Both the position numbers and the translations under genes were made by a program. Source: Candidatus Woesearchaeota archaeon (lineage in GTDB: Archaea > Nanobdellota > Nanobdellia > SCGC-AAA011-G17 > JACPNG01). Taken from it: a stretch of 60,432 bases of DNA. The stretch spans positions 1 through 60,432 of the forward strand of contig JAGVYC010000015.1 in NCBI GenBank assembly GCA_018303485.1. The letters run 5' to 3'. The notes beneath the pieces are model-generated. The model searched no databases, was not told where the DNA came from, and saw only the letters and a program-made list of their open reading frames with translations. Shown here piece after piece: positions 11,501 to 21,219 of the stretch. Within the stretch, counting starts at the first letter, position 1. Each line of letters begins with the position of its first letter.

Positions 11501-12591
11501 AAAATGATCCATTGGCATATTCAATAAGTGATCCAAGATTCATCCAAAATAACAACATATTCATATGGCAGACCACATTGAATGACAGCGGAGTATATAA
11601 TGTAAACATATCAGTATCAGATTCTATGTCTATGGATTCCCAAACTGTTACAATTAGTCTGGCCAGCATAGACAATGATGATGATGGCATATTAAATCAG
11701 AATGACAACTGCCAAAACAGCTACAACCCAGGCCAGGAAGACCAAGATAATGACAGCATAGGTGATGCTTGCGATGCATGTACAGATGTTGATGCAGATT
11801 TATCATGCGATCAAAATGATAATTGTCCTGGCGTATATAATCCAGACCAAGCAAATACAGATAATGACGCCATGGGCAATGAATGTGACTCAGATGATGA
11901 TAATGATAATGTCTTGGATGTAAATGATAATTGTCCAGTGCATTACAACCCAGGCCAGGAAGACCAAGATAATGACAGCATAGGAAATGTTTGTGATAAT
12001 TTAGCACCAGTAATAATAACAACACCACCAACAACAGCGACCACAAATAAGCTGTATTCATACAGGCTGGTAGCAGAAGACCCTGAAAATGACGAATTAA
12101 CATATTCAGCAAATGATTCAAGGTTTACATTAAACGGCTTAACATTCAAGTTCAAGCCATCGTATTCAGGCATAGTTGATGTAATGTTTACTGTAACAGA
12201 TAGCTTTGGCAATTCAGTTGATCAGTTAGCCCATATAATAATTGGAAATGCAACTATAAGCAAGATTAAGCATAACTTGGAAATATCAAGCGTAGTTTTC
12301 GAAAAGGAAAAAGTCAAGCCAAACGATTACCTGGAGATTTATATTAAAATAAATAACTACGGCAATAAAATAGAAGACAATGTCAAAGTGGCTGTTTCAA
12401 TACCAGATTTGGATTTATCAGATACTTCTGATGATATAGAGCTAAGAAGGCATGCATCAAGGCTTAACTATTTCAACTTTAAAATGCCTGGCAATGCTAA
12501 AAAAGGCATTTATCCTGTAAAGATCATTGTATACAACAATAATGACAAAGTAATAAAGTATGCTGCATTTGAGGTTATAGGGCTAAAATAA
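8576..12591 (+). CDS. Large adhesin-like surface protein: metal-binding motif, cadherin-like/tandem-95 Ig repeats, lamin-tail domain, TSP3 repeats, CARDB-like C-terminus. Broken by 2 frameshifts, probably assembly artefacts
   Basis: Frames 8576-11030, 11031-11355 and 11356-12591. Repeated VNDAP..I......ED motifs, ILINEF...EFIELYNP lamin-tail motif, DNC...YNPGQEDQDNDSIGD.CD TSP3 repeats. Confidence 0.8.
10932..11355 (+). repeat. Exact 99-bp direct repeat pair (10932-11030 and 11257-11355)
   Basis: Identical base by base; both copies are followed immediately by a frameshift. Confidence 0.95.
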
Positions 12592-12620
12592 GCAAAAAAA
12601 GAGGATTTTTAATATATATT

Positions 12621-12730
12621 TTGCCACAGGCTTTGCATATTTAAGCCTCTATTTATGTGCAAAATGGCTTAATTTGTGTGCAAAACGCATTTTATGTGCA
12701 AAGCCTTTGCCACAGAAACCTTTAAATATA
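12621..12730 (+). promoter_or_regulatory. Repeat-rich operator-like region with BRE/TATA upstream of the putative S-layer gene
   Basis: 3x TTT(A/G)TGTGCAAA, 2x TTGCCACAG and nested inverted repeats, followed by GAAACC-TTTAAATA at 12715-12728. Confidence 0.55.
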
Positions 12731-12804
12731 CGTTATAACTCAAAAATGGCAACAGAATAAGAAAAAGGGGCTAATTACTAATAATCTAGGGGGTTAAGTA
12801 CAAA

Positions 12805-14784
12805 ATGAATAAGGTATTTTTAAGTATTTTAGTGGTTTTATTATTTGCAATTAGCTTTGCCAGTGCAGCTGATTTGACAATAACAGATACAGTTAACGCA
12901 ACTGGTGTTTCAGTAAATCCAGCAGAATCATTCTCTGGATCATTTAAGGTTAATAATGTAAATCCAGCAGAAACAATATCTAATATTGATATTAGTTCTA
13001 CATCATTTTCAGGGCCCAATACAATTCCGGCATCAGCAATAGTTTTTAGTCCGGATCCAATAAGCTCAATAGCGCCTAATGGCACGCAGTCAGTTTCATT
13101 TACAGTTACAATGCCCACTTACCAGATTCCAGGTTTTTATGCAGGGACTGTGACAGCAGCAGATTCTTTAGGCAATACAACATCTATGCCATTAAGCTTT
13201 ACAGTTAATACATTGCAGAAAGTAGAGGTAACAGATCATTCAGCCTCAGCACCATTGATATTAACAGGTGAGGAGGATAATATTGTTTCAGGAACATTTA
13301 CAATTAAAAATTCTGGAAATGTAGACCTTTCTTTTTCAGATGCGAGCATAACTCATAATGTTGACTTGTCTGATCCAGATGGCGATAACATAACATTGAC
13401 ATTTTCAAGCATACCAGCAACATTAACACCAGGCTCAACAGACCAGATTACAGCAACAGCCAGCATAGCAAATAATGTTGATATTGATACATATTCAGGG
13501 ACTGTAACCATAACAAGCGCAGCATCATCCGCCAACTTCTCTTTGGAAGTGAGAGTGCAGCCAGAGGTTTGTGAAGACGGTGTTGTCGGCAATCTAGATC
13601 TGACAATTGAAGACCCTGATAATGGAGATGAATTCGCTCCAGGAGAGACAATAGAATTAGACGTCTCAGTTGAAAATAATGATAATGACGAATTGGATGT
13701 TATTGTGACAGCATTCCTGTACAACATAAATGAAGATGATAACATAGTTGAAGAAGATTCAGAAACCATTGAAATAAGCGATGGCGATGAAGAATCATTT
13801 ACCTTGGATTTAGTATTGCCATTAAACGGAAATCTAAATGATGAGGATGAGTACAAGATATTCATTAAATCATATGAAGATGGCGATGAAGATCAAAATT
13901 GCGATGAAGACAGCATAGACATAGATATTGAAAGGGAAAAGCATGATACAAGGGTTGATGACTTTACATTAAGCCCAAGCATAGTTTCATGCGGCGATGT
14001 CGTAGAGGCTGAGATTGACATTGTTAATATAGGCTCTAGCAATGAAGATGATGTTTATGTTGAATTAAAGAATTCCGAATTAGAATTAAGCGAGAAATCA
14101 GAGGAATTTGACTTGGACAACGGCAATGATAAGGACAATGATGCAACGCAAAGGATGACATTTACAGTACCTCAAGATGCTAGCGAAAAAACATACCAAA
14201 TTGAAGCCATTGTATACTATGATGATGGCGATGAAAAGACATCCAAGTTTGCAACATTGAGTGTTGAAGACTGTGGTGCTGCTGAAGAGCCTGAAGAGCA
14301 AGACAGCACAGAACTGCCAAAAGCAGACATTGAAGTATTGTCTTCAAGCATAGAAGCAAAGGACAATTCATTCAGCGTGCCGGTTAAGATAACAAACAAT
14401 GAAGCATCTCAGGAAACATATACTGTTGACATGTCAAATATAGCAGATTGGGCTGAGCCAGTATCAGCAAAGACATTAACATTGAATGCAGCACAATCAA
14501 GCACATTGTATTTTTATGTAAAAGCAAATAAAGATACATATGGAAAGCAAAGTGCAACAATTAGTGTTAAAGATCAAGCTGGAAAAACATTAACAACCCA
14601 GACACTTGCATTGGATCTTGGCGAAAAGCCATCTGAACCTGTTGAAACAAGCACATTTGATACATTAAAAGGATATTTCAGCAGCAATGGATCAAGCAGC
14701 ACGGTGTTTTGGATAGTGCTTGATGTTGTATTGGTTATTGTTGCAATAGTATTCCTTAAAGTTTTATTTACAAGGAAGAAATAA
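12805..14784 (+). CDS. Putative S-layer / major surface protein
   Basis: Signal peptide (FASA), highly acidic tandem Ig/CARDB-like domains, C-terminal TM helix followed by RKK; the architecture is typical of DPANN putative S-layer proteins. Confidence 0.7.
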   Translation: MNKVFLSILVVLLFAISFASAADLTITDTVNATGVSVNPAESFSGSFKVNNVNPAETISNIDISSTSFSGPNTIPASAIVFSPDPISSIAPNGTQSVSFTVTMPTYQIPGFYAGTVTAADSLGNTTSMPLSFTVNTLQKVEVTDHSASAPLILTGEEDNIVSGTFTIKNSGNVDLSFSDASITHNVDLSDPDGDNITLTFSSIPATLTPGSTDQITATASIANNVDIDTYSGTVTITSAASSANFSLEVRVQPEVCEDGVVGNLDLTIEDPDNGDEFAPGETIELDVSVENNDNDELDVIVTAFLYNINEDDNIVEEDSETIEISDGDEESFTLDLVLPLNGNLNDEDEYKIFIKSYEDGDEDQNCDEDSIDIDIEREKHDTRVDDFTLSPSIVSCGDVVEAEIDIVNIGSSNEDDVYVELKNSELELSEKSEEFDLDNGNDKDNDATQRMTFTVPQDASEKTYQIEAIVYYDDGDEKTSKFATLSVEDCGAAEEPEEQDSTELPKADIEVLSSSIEAKDNSFSVPVKITNNEASQETYTVDMSNIADWAEPVSAKTLTLNAAQSSTLYFYVKANKDTYGKQSATISVKDQAGKTLTTQTLALDLGEKPSEPVETSTFDTLKGYFSSNGSSSTVFWIVLDVVLVIVAIVFLKVLFTRKK

Positions 14785-14831
14785 GAAAAGAAACCTTTTT
14801 ATTCCTTCTTTTATTTTTAATTTTTTATAAA

Positions 14832-15179
14832 ATGACAGATGCTAAAAAAATCGCTATTAAACCACTATTGATAATGGAGAGAAGATTGAACGAATTCTTA
14901 ACGGATTTAGAAAAAGGCAAGGTAAAACCAAATCAAAGTGCGTTTATCGGTCACCTGGATTCTATCCTTAGTTACTTGCCAGAACAAAGAGAGCTTAAAG
15001 GCAAACCTATAATTGTTGAAAAATCAGAATATAATAGAATGATTGCCATGGAAAATTCGCTTGAAGCATATCTTCAGAGAACATACAATGCTGAAAATGA
15101 CAGCATAACTAAAGATTGCCCTTCTACGCAAGAAGTATATATATCAGATCTAAAAGCCATATTGGGCAAAGCAAAATAA
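14832..15179 (+). CDS. Hypothetical protein
   Basis: 115-aa ORF filling the intergenic space; no recognisable motif. Confidence 0.6.
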   Translation: MTDAKKIAIKPLLIMERRLNEFLTDLEKGKVKPNQSAFIGHLDSILSYLPEQRELKGKPIIVEKSEYNRMIAMENSLEAYLQRTYNAENDSITKDCPSTQEVYISDLKAILGKAK

Positions 15180-15207
15180 ATTTAAACTAAAGCAGTAAAG
15201 TTTTCTC

Positions 15208-16107
15208 ATGTTCCCGGAAGAGTTAGGCATTAAATTCAAGGATTATGTAAATTCAATAAAAACAGAGAGCTATACATTAACAGATAAAAAAACAATAATT
15301 CCGGAGCTGAACAAGATATTGGAAGATGCAGTCTCAAAGCGAACAGAAGATAAATTTGCAATAGCCTTTTCAGGTGGTTTAGACAGTTCAGTAATAGCAA
15401 TTATCTGCTCTAATCTAAAAAAGAAATTCTTGCTTATATCAGCAGGCCTACAAAAATCAGATGATCTAGCCTCAGCGCAAAAAATTGCCATGCATTACAA
15501 ATGGCCGTTGAAGATAAGGCTGATTACATTGCAGGAAGCAGAAACAATTGTTGAAAACGTTGTTGGCATATTAAAAACAAATGACGTTGTTAAAATTGGG
15601 GTTGGCTGCGTTGTTTATTCTGTTCTTGAAATGGCAAAGCAAAACAATATCAAGGTCGTTCTTGGAGGTCTTGGTTCAGAAGAAATATTCTGCGGCTACA
15701 AAAGGCACCAAAAGTTCCATATTAAAGGTCCAGAATCTGTTCATTCAGAATGCTGGCATGGCTTAAGCAATTTATATGCTCAAGATCTAGAACGAGATGC
15801 CAAGATAGCAGAGCATTTCAACATAAAAATTCTAGCTCCTTTTCTGGATGACGGCTTGATCAAGTTTGCGATGAAAATAGATCCAAAATTAAAAATAGCA
15901 AAAGATGACAAGAAAATAATTCTCAAAGAAGCAGCTGTATCATTGGGCTTGAAAGAAGAATTTGCATTTAGAAAGAAAAAAGCAGCGCAATACGGAAGCT
16001 ATTTTGACAAGGCTATAGAAAAGCTTGCAAAGCTTAATGGATTCAAGTACAAAAAGGATTATCTCAACAGCATTTTAAATGCAAACATCAAACATTCACA
16101 GTTATGA
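15208..16107 (+). CDS. Stand-alone asparagine synthase C-terminal (PP-loop) domain protein
   Basis: AFSGGLDSS PP-loop, GLGSEEIFCGY, APFLD, K.ILK, RKKKAAQYGS; no N-terminal glutaminase domain. Confidence 0.85.
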   Translation: MFPEELGIKFKDYVNSIKTESYTLTDKKTIIPELNKILEDAVSKRTEDKFAIAFSGGLDSSVIAIICSNLKKKFLLISAGLQKSDDLASAQKIAMHYKWPLKIRLITLQEAETIVENVVGILKTNDVVKIGVGCVVYSVLEMAKQNNIKVVLGGLGSEEIFCGYKRHQKFHIKGPESVHSECWHGLSNLYAQDLERDAKIAEHFNIKILAPFLDDGLIKFAMKIDPKLKIAKDDKKIILKEAAVSLGLKEEFAFRKKKAAQYGSYFDKAIEKLAKLNGFKYKKDYLNSILNANIKHSQL

Positions 16108-16585
16108 TTATATTTGCCTCTGAAAACTGTTTTCCATCTTTGCTTGCGATTATCTTTATGGGAAAAAAATCTTGCCTGTATTTGTAACTGCTTTCGATAA
16201 TTGGTTTTGCATCAACCTTAATTATTTTTTCAGAGTTTGCAGCAAGGTAAAATGAATTTTCTGCAATTCCAAAATTTATGTCGTTTCCAGAAACAGTTTT
16301 TGTCTTTTCTATTTTTATCTCAAAATTTCCAGCAACATCATTATTCTTAACCTTAACATCAAAGCCCCCTCCTATTTTGCTAAGGATTAAACCCTGGTTC
16401 ACAAAAACACCATAAATTCTTTCGTAAGCTTTTTGCTGCTGTTCCAATAGTTCTTTCTCCAGACCAGCCTTAATTTCCTTTTCAATAGGCTCTTTCAAGT
16501 AAGGCGGTAATTCCTTGTCAGATTCAACTTTGGCACATCCAACTAAGAAAATTAATGCCAGTATAATCATCAACAATTTTCTCAT
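16088..16585 (-). CDS. Putative lipoprotein
   Basis: MRK, then a hydrophobic stretch and an LVGC lipobox-like motif. Confidence 0.65.
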   Translation of the reverse strand: MRKLLMIILALIFLVGCAKVESDKELPPYLKEPIEKEIKAGLEKELLEQQQKAYERIYGVFVNQGLILSKIGGGFDVKVKNNDVAGNFEIKIEKTKTVSGNDINFGIAENSFYLAANSEKIIKVDAKPIIESSYKYRQDFFPIKIIASKDGKQFSEANIIITVNV

Positions 16586-16617
16586 GTTAAACTATTTTCT
16601 TTTATAAATGTAAAAAA

Positions 16618-16851
16618 TTAAGCATTTCTTCTTAATTTATCATATTCACTCCTGTCTAATTTAATTTGTTTTAATATTTCGAGCAATAATCCTTTCCCGA
16701 GGTCTTCATTTGCATGGACAGGAACAACAGTCAAGCGCCCATCATGTTAGATATAAGCACCCTGATTTCCCTTTTGATGTATCATTTGAAAGCCTAGTTT
16801 TTCAAGTAACTTGCACATTTCTTTACCAGAAATAGTTACTAATTTAACCAT
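16618..16851 (-). pseudogene. hicA: HicA-family toxin pseudogene
   Basis: Manual translation MVKLVTISGKEMCKLLEKLGFQMIHQKGNQGAYI*HDGRLTVVPVHANEDLGKGLLLEILKQ. In-frame TAA at 16747-16749; the catalytic GSH reads GNQ; the ATG overlaps the hicB stop. Confidence 0.85.
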
Positions 16852-17075
16852 TAAGCAGAAACCTCAACTTGTTGAATTCCAACAAATTTCAGAGGTTGAT
16901 ATACTTGTTTTTTTTCAGCTTCTAAACAAACTTCTATAGCTTCTTTAATCCTTTCCATTACTTGTTCAACTGTTTTACCTTGTGTATAACAACCAGGTAT
17001 ATCGGGAACCTTAGCTACATAAATTCCATTTTCATCTTTTTCTATTAATACAAAATACTTAAAGACCTTTTCCAT
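16851..17075 (-). CDS. hicB: HicB-family antitoxin (short form, no DNA-binding domain)
   Basis: IEKDENGIYVAKVPDIPGCYTQGKTVEQVMERIKEAI signature. Confidence 0.9.
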   Translation of the reverse strand: MEKVFKYFVLIEKDENGIYVAKVPDIPGCYTQGKTVEQVMERIKEAIEVCLEAEKKQVYQPLKFVGIQQVEVSA

Positions 17076-17266
17076 ACAAAATATAAGGCTAAATCCTTTA
17101 TAAAAATATCGGAAGTTAAATCGTAAATATTACAAATCATGCAACCTTTCTTTCCAACGTGCAGACAATCAATGTAAAAAATTAAGCCTTTCTATCAAAT
17201 TTTAAAAAGAATCTTACATAGTAATTGAAAGATTTAACGATATTTACACTAATCATATATTAGAAT

Positions 17267-17338
17267 AGCGCCGAGCAGGATTTGAACCTGCGCATCTGAG
17301 GGTTGCAGCCTCATGCCTTACCACTTGGCTATCGGCGC
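17267..17338 (-). tRNA. tRNA-Cys(GCA)
   Basis: Cloverleaf GCGCCGA...TGAGG-CTGCAAC-CCTCA...GCAGGTTCAAATCCTGC-TCGGCGC-T; no encoded CCA. Confidence 0.95.
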
Positions 17339-17346
17339 ATCTTAAG

Positions 17347-17442
17347 TGGACTTGGTGGGATTTGAACCCACGACCCTCTGCTTGCTTCTTGCTTCTTTTG
17401 CAATAGAAGGCAGGCGCGCTATCCAGTCTGCGCTACAAGTCC
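17347..17442 (-). tRNA. tRNA-Arg(TCT) with a 21-nt intron (17383-17403)
   Basis: GGACTTG acceptor stem, anticodon loop CT-TCT-A, intron at position 37/38 forming a bulge-helix-bulge (CTTC/GAAG), GTGGGTTCAAATCCCAC T-arm. Confidence 0.93.
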
Positions 17443-17575
17443 TTTTAGCAAAAATAAGGCCCTAACCCATTAATAAACCTAACTAATCCTAATAGCTTCA
17501 AACTAGCTTAAAGCTTAAAAAACATATATAAATAGGCTTTCTTTTATAATACCTGAATAATATGGAAGAATAAAC

Positions 17576-19780
17576 ATGATTAAAAAATATTTTGCAATAG
17601 TAATCTTAGCAATTGTATTGTTTTCAACAGTTGCATGCACAAAAACAGGTCAATATAAAACACCATTATCAACAAACCAGGAGCTTAAAAAATTCAGCTC
17701 AAGGCAGGAAATAATAAATTACCTTGAACAGGCTTCAAAATACAGCTCTTCTTATTATGGTGGAATTCGAAGCTTTGGAATGATGGCAGAAAAAGCAACG
17801 GCTCTGGAGTCAGCAGCGGCTCCTTTATCAGCAAGCGCAGGCATGGCTAAAGATTATTCAACAACAAACATCCAAGTAGCAGGTGTTGATGAGGCAGATT
17901 TCATAAAAAATGACGGCAAGTACATCTATACAATAGTGCAAAACAAGCTTGTTATTCTAGATGCGTATCCAGCTGAAAATGCAAAGATATTATCTGAAAC
18001 TAAAATTGATGGAACGCCTCAGCAACTATTCCTTAACAAAGACCGCTTGGCAGTATTTACCCAAGAAGATGCCCAGGTTCCAGTATTCGGGGAATTTGAT
18101 TACATGCCAAGACCTATTTACAAGCAGAAAACGCATGCTTTAGTTTATGATGTTTTAGACAAAGAAAATCCTAAGTTAGTCAATGATTATGATCTTACTG
18201 GTAATTATTTTGCAGCAAGAATGATTGATGACTATGTTTATTTGATAGTTCAGGACAATGTATATTATTATGGAGGGGTTCTTGAAATGCCTATGATAAA
18301 GGAATCATCAAAAGTATTGTTAAGGCCGAATGTATATTACTTTGACAATCCAGAAATAAATTATAACTTCAACACTATAATGTCATTCAACATGTTTGAA
18401 GAGGATTCTGTAAAGGCAGAGACATTCATGATGGGGTATACAAACAACCTTTATGTCTCAAAAAACAACATTTACATAACCTACCAGAAAAATGTGCCTT
18501 ATGTATATTACCAGCAGCAAAATGAAGAAAAGTTTTACAATGTAGTTGTTCCATCGCTGCCATCTGACATAAGAAGAGAAATAGAATCTATAAGAAAGGA
18601 TAACAGCCTAAACTCCTATGAGAAATGGGAAAAGGTATCTGATGAACTTGAGAAATTCTACAACAGGCTGGATGAGAATGAAAAAACAGAATTCATAAAG
18701 GATGTTGAAAATGACATGCAGGAATACGAGGCAAAAATGGCAGAAGAAAGAGCAAAGACAGTTGTGCATAAAATAAGCATTGATAATGGTGATATAAAAT
18801 ATGAAGCAAATGGAGAAGTAAAGGGAAATCTGCTAAACCAGTTCTCAATGGACGAGCAGGATGGCAATCTAAGGCTGGCAACAACATTTGAAGCATGGAC
18901 ATTCAACAAGAATATACAACATAACAATGTATATGTGCTGGATTCTGATTTAAAACAAATTGGCTCTCTGGAAAAAATAGCAGAAGATGAAAGGATTTAC
19001 TCAACAAGATTCATTGGAGACAGGCTTTACATGGTTACATTCAAGAGAATGGATCCTTTCTTTGTAATAGACTTGTCTAACCCAAAAAATCCAGAGGTAC
19101 TTGGAGAGCTAAAGATACCTGGCTTCTCAGATTACCTGCACCCTTATGATGAAAACCATATAATTGGAATAGGCAAGGAAACTGACGAGAACGAGTGGGG
19201 AGGCATATCAACAAAAGGAGTCAAGCTTGCCTTGTTTGACGTAAGCAATGTCAATAATCCAGTTCAGATTGACAAGTATGAAATTGGCGGGCAAGGAACA
19301 GATTCAGAAGCATTGCAAGATCATAAGGCCTTCTTGTTTGACAAAAAGAAGAATCTTCTTGTTATACCTATTAGAGAGGTTAAGGGCAACAAAGAATATG
19401 ATCCAAGACTAGGATATTACAGGCAAAACCTATGGCAGGGAGCTTATGTATTTTTATTGACTGAAAAGGGATTTGAACTTAAGGGAAAAATATCACATAT
19501 GGAAGGTCAAGAAACAGACTACTATTATTATGGCTCTCCAAATGCTGTAAGAAGATCCTTGTACATGGATGATGTGCTGTATACAGTTTCAATGAAAAAG
19601 ATAAAGATGAATGATTTGAACAATATAGACAATGAAATTAATTCAGTAAAGCTTCCTTATGAAGATTATTTTGACAGGCCATATCCTTTACCTATGATGA
19701 AAGGCATGTCTGGCGGTGTTGGGGTCATAGAAGTAGTACCTTCATCAACTTCAACAGCAGAAGCAATTGCTGAAAGGTAA
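17576..19780 (+). CDS. Secreted or lipid-anchored beta-propeller domain protein (Beta_propel family)
   Basis: YSTTNIQVAGVDEADFIKNDG, LNQFSMDE, ERIYSTRF, LGELKIPGFSDYLHP; TVAC lipobox-like motif. Confidence 0.88.
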   Translation: MIKKYFAIVILAIVLFSTVACTKTGQYKTPLSTNQELKKFSSRQEIINYLEQASKYSSSYYGGIRSFGMMAEKATALESAAAPLSASAGMAKDYSTTNIQVAGVDEADFIKNDGKYIYTIVQNKLVILDAYPAENAKILSETKIDGTPQQLFLNKDRLAVFTQEDAQVPVFGEFDYMPRPIYKQKTHALVYDVLDKENPKLVNDYDLTGNYFAARMIDDYVYLIVQDNVYYYGGVLEMPMIKESSKVLLRPNVYYFDNPEINYNFNTIMSFNMFEEDSVKAETFMMGYTNNLYVSKNNIYITYQKNVPYVYYQQQNEEKFYNVVVPSLPSDIRREIESIRKDNSLNSYEKWEKVSDELEKFYNRLDENEKTEFIKDVENDMQEYEAKMAEERAKTVVHKISIDNGDIKYEANGEVKGNLLNQFSMDEQDGNLRLATTFEAWTFNKNIQHNNVYVLDSDLKQIGSLEKIAEDERIYSTRFIGDRLYMVTFKRMDPFFVIDLSNPKNPEVLGELKIPGFSDYLHPYDENHIIGIGKETDENEWGGISTKGVKLALFDVSNVNNPVQIDKYEIGGQGTDSEALQDHKAFLFDKKKNLLVIPIREVKGNKEYDPRLGYYRQNLWQGAYVFLLTEKGFELKGKISHMEGQETDYYYYGSPNAVRRSLYMDDVLYTVSMKKIKMNDLNNIDNEINSVKLPYEDYFDRPYPLPMMKGMSGGVGVIEVVPSSTSTAEAIAER

Positions 19781-19970
19781 TTTCTTTTTCTTTTTATTAT
19801 TATTTCTTTTATGCCTTTCGATAAAGCTAAAAATTTTGCAGGAAAACAAGACAAGACACAAATGATTTTCAAAAAAACTGATTATATTTCAAATTTTAAA
19901 AAATTAATCCGCTTTTTTCTCCGCAATCTTCTTTAAAACATCCAACATTAAAACAAAAAAAATTGGAGGT

Positions 19971-21218
19971 GTGAAAATGAAACTGATTCAAATTATTTTT
20001 GCAGTCTTGGTTTCTATTTATGCAGCTAGTGCAAATGTGGTAATAACAGAGATAATGTACAATCCAACACAAGGATCAGATACAGATTTGGAATGGGTTG
20101 AGATATACAATAATGGGAATGCGCCCGTTGACTTGGCTTCCTGGACATTTGACGGAAGCAATTTTGATGACATAACAATAAATCCAAAAGAGTATATAGT
20201 AATAGCAAGAGAGCTTATAGATGGAACTGATGAAGATATTGAGAGCTTTGCAGCATTCTATGGTAATAATGATGGCATTTGGGAGTCTAATGATGGCTTC
20301 AGGGCTGTTGATGGTTCAATGTCCTTGACAAATGATAATTTTCTTGTATTGTCTTCTGGGTCTTATACTGATTCTGTTAATTACTCCAACTCTTGGGGTG
20401 GGAATGGAAATGGAAAGTCAATATATAAGATAGATTACAGCCTGCCAAATACAAAAGAAAACTGGGCAGAAAGCATTTTTGATTTTGGAACTCCTGGAAA
20501 GAACAAGAATAATAATGGAATCTTGGTTACATTACAGGTAATCGGCTCTTCAACAGAGATAACTTCTATTGATTTGCCAGATGATTCTTCAAATAACGGA
20601 TACCAAATATTGCCCATTGCAAATGAGATCAAGGTTATACCTATAACTGTTGATGTTTCAACACAATCAACTGTAACTGCGTATGCAGAGCTTAACAACA
20701 ACAAAATAACTTTAACCCAAACATCTAGCAACTCAACTTCAAAAAGCTTTTCTGGAAACTTGCAGATGCCTTTTTATAACCAGCAAGGAAACTATGTGGT
20801 AAATGTATCTGTAACAGACCAAAGCCAAAAAACAACTTCACAGCTTGTTAATTTTGAATACTTACCTTTAATATCTTCGACATTTGACATAGAAGAGATT
20901 AACTTTGGATCTTTGCCATCAGGCTCTTCATCAAGTGAAAAGACAGTTACTGTAAAAAATACAGGCAATGTATTGATTGACTTGACAGCTTCTGCCACTG
21001 ACTTAAAAAATGGCTTTGATTTAATTCCTGCATCTAGCTTACAAGTAAAGCATTCTAGCATCTATCTGCCTTTGTCAACTACACCAACAAATCTTGACAT
21101 AAATCTGTTGCCTGGACAAAGCAGCAACAAGCAAATCTATTTCAAGGCTGATGTGCCACAGGATGTAAATCCAAACATTTATTCTGGAGTAATAAGCCTG
21201 AATGCAGTGGAAGGTTGA
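19971..21218 (+). CDS. Secreted lamin-tail domain protein
   Basis: Signal peptide, VVITEIMYNP...EWVEIYN...GTPG lamin-tail motif, C-terminal Ig-like domains; GGAGG SD. Confidence 0.85.
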   Translation: MKMKLIQIIFAVLVSIYAASANVVITEIMYNPTQGSDTDLEWVEIYNNGNAPVDLASWTFDGSNFDDITINPKEYIVIARELIDGTDEDIESFAAFYGNNDGIWESNDGFRAVDGSMSLTNDNFLVLSSGSYTDSVNYSNSWGGNGNGKSIYKIDYSLPNTKENWAESIFDFGTPGKNKNNNGILVTLQVIGSSTEITSIDLPDDSSNNGYQILPIANEIKVIPITVDVSTQSTVTAYAELNNNKITLTQTSSNSTSKSFSGNLQMPFYNQQGNYVVNVSVTDQSQKTTSQLVNFEYLPLISSTFDIEEINFGSLPSGSSSSEKTVTVKNTGNVLIDLTASATDLKNGFDLIPASSLQVKHSSIYLPLSTTPTNLDINLLPGQSSNKQIYFKADVPQDVNPNIYSGVISLNAVEG

Positions 21219-21219
21219 A

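Larger units (their letters stand above)
16607..17193. repeat. 23-bp imperfect direct repeats flanking the hicB-hicA cassette
   Basis: AATGTAAAAAATTAAGC[A/C]TTTCT at 16607-16629 and 17171-17193; 22 of 23 bases identical. Confidence 0.8.

Noticed and set aside
193-12591. Treating the ORF-track fragments (193, 1017, 2162, 2605, 11043, 11512) as separate genes or as programmed frameshifts
   Set aside because: The fragments continue the same repeat units, the junctions lack slippery sequences, and sequence is missing at each junction. They are better explained as two genes broken by assembly.
16088-17442. tRNA-integrated provirus or island
   Set aside because: No integrase and no duplicated tRNA 3' end were found in the window; only the small hicBA cassette is bounded by repeats.
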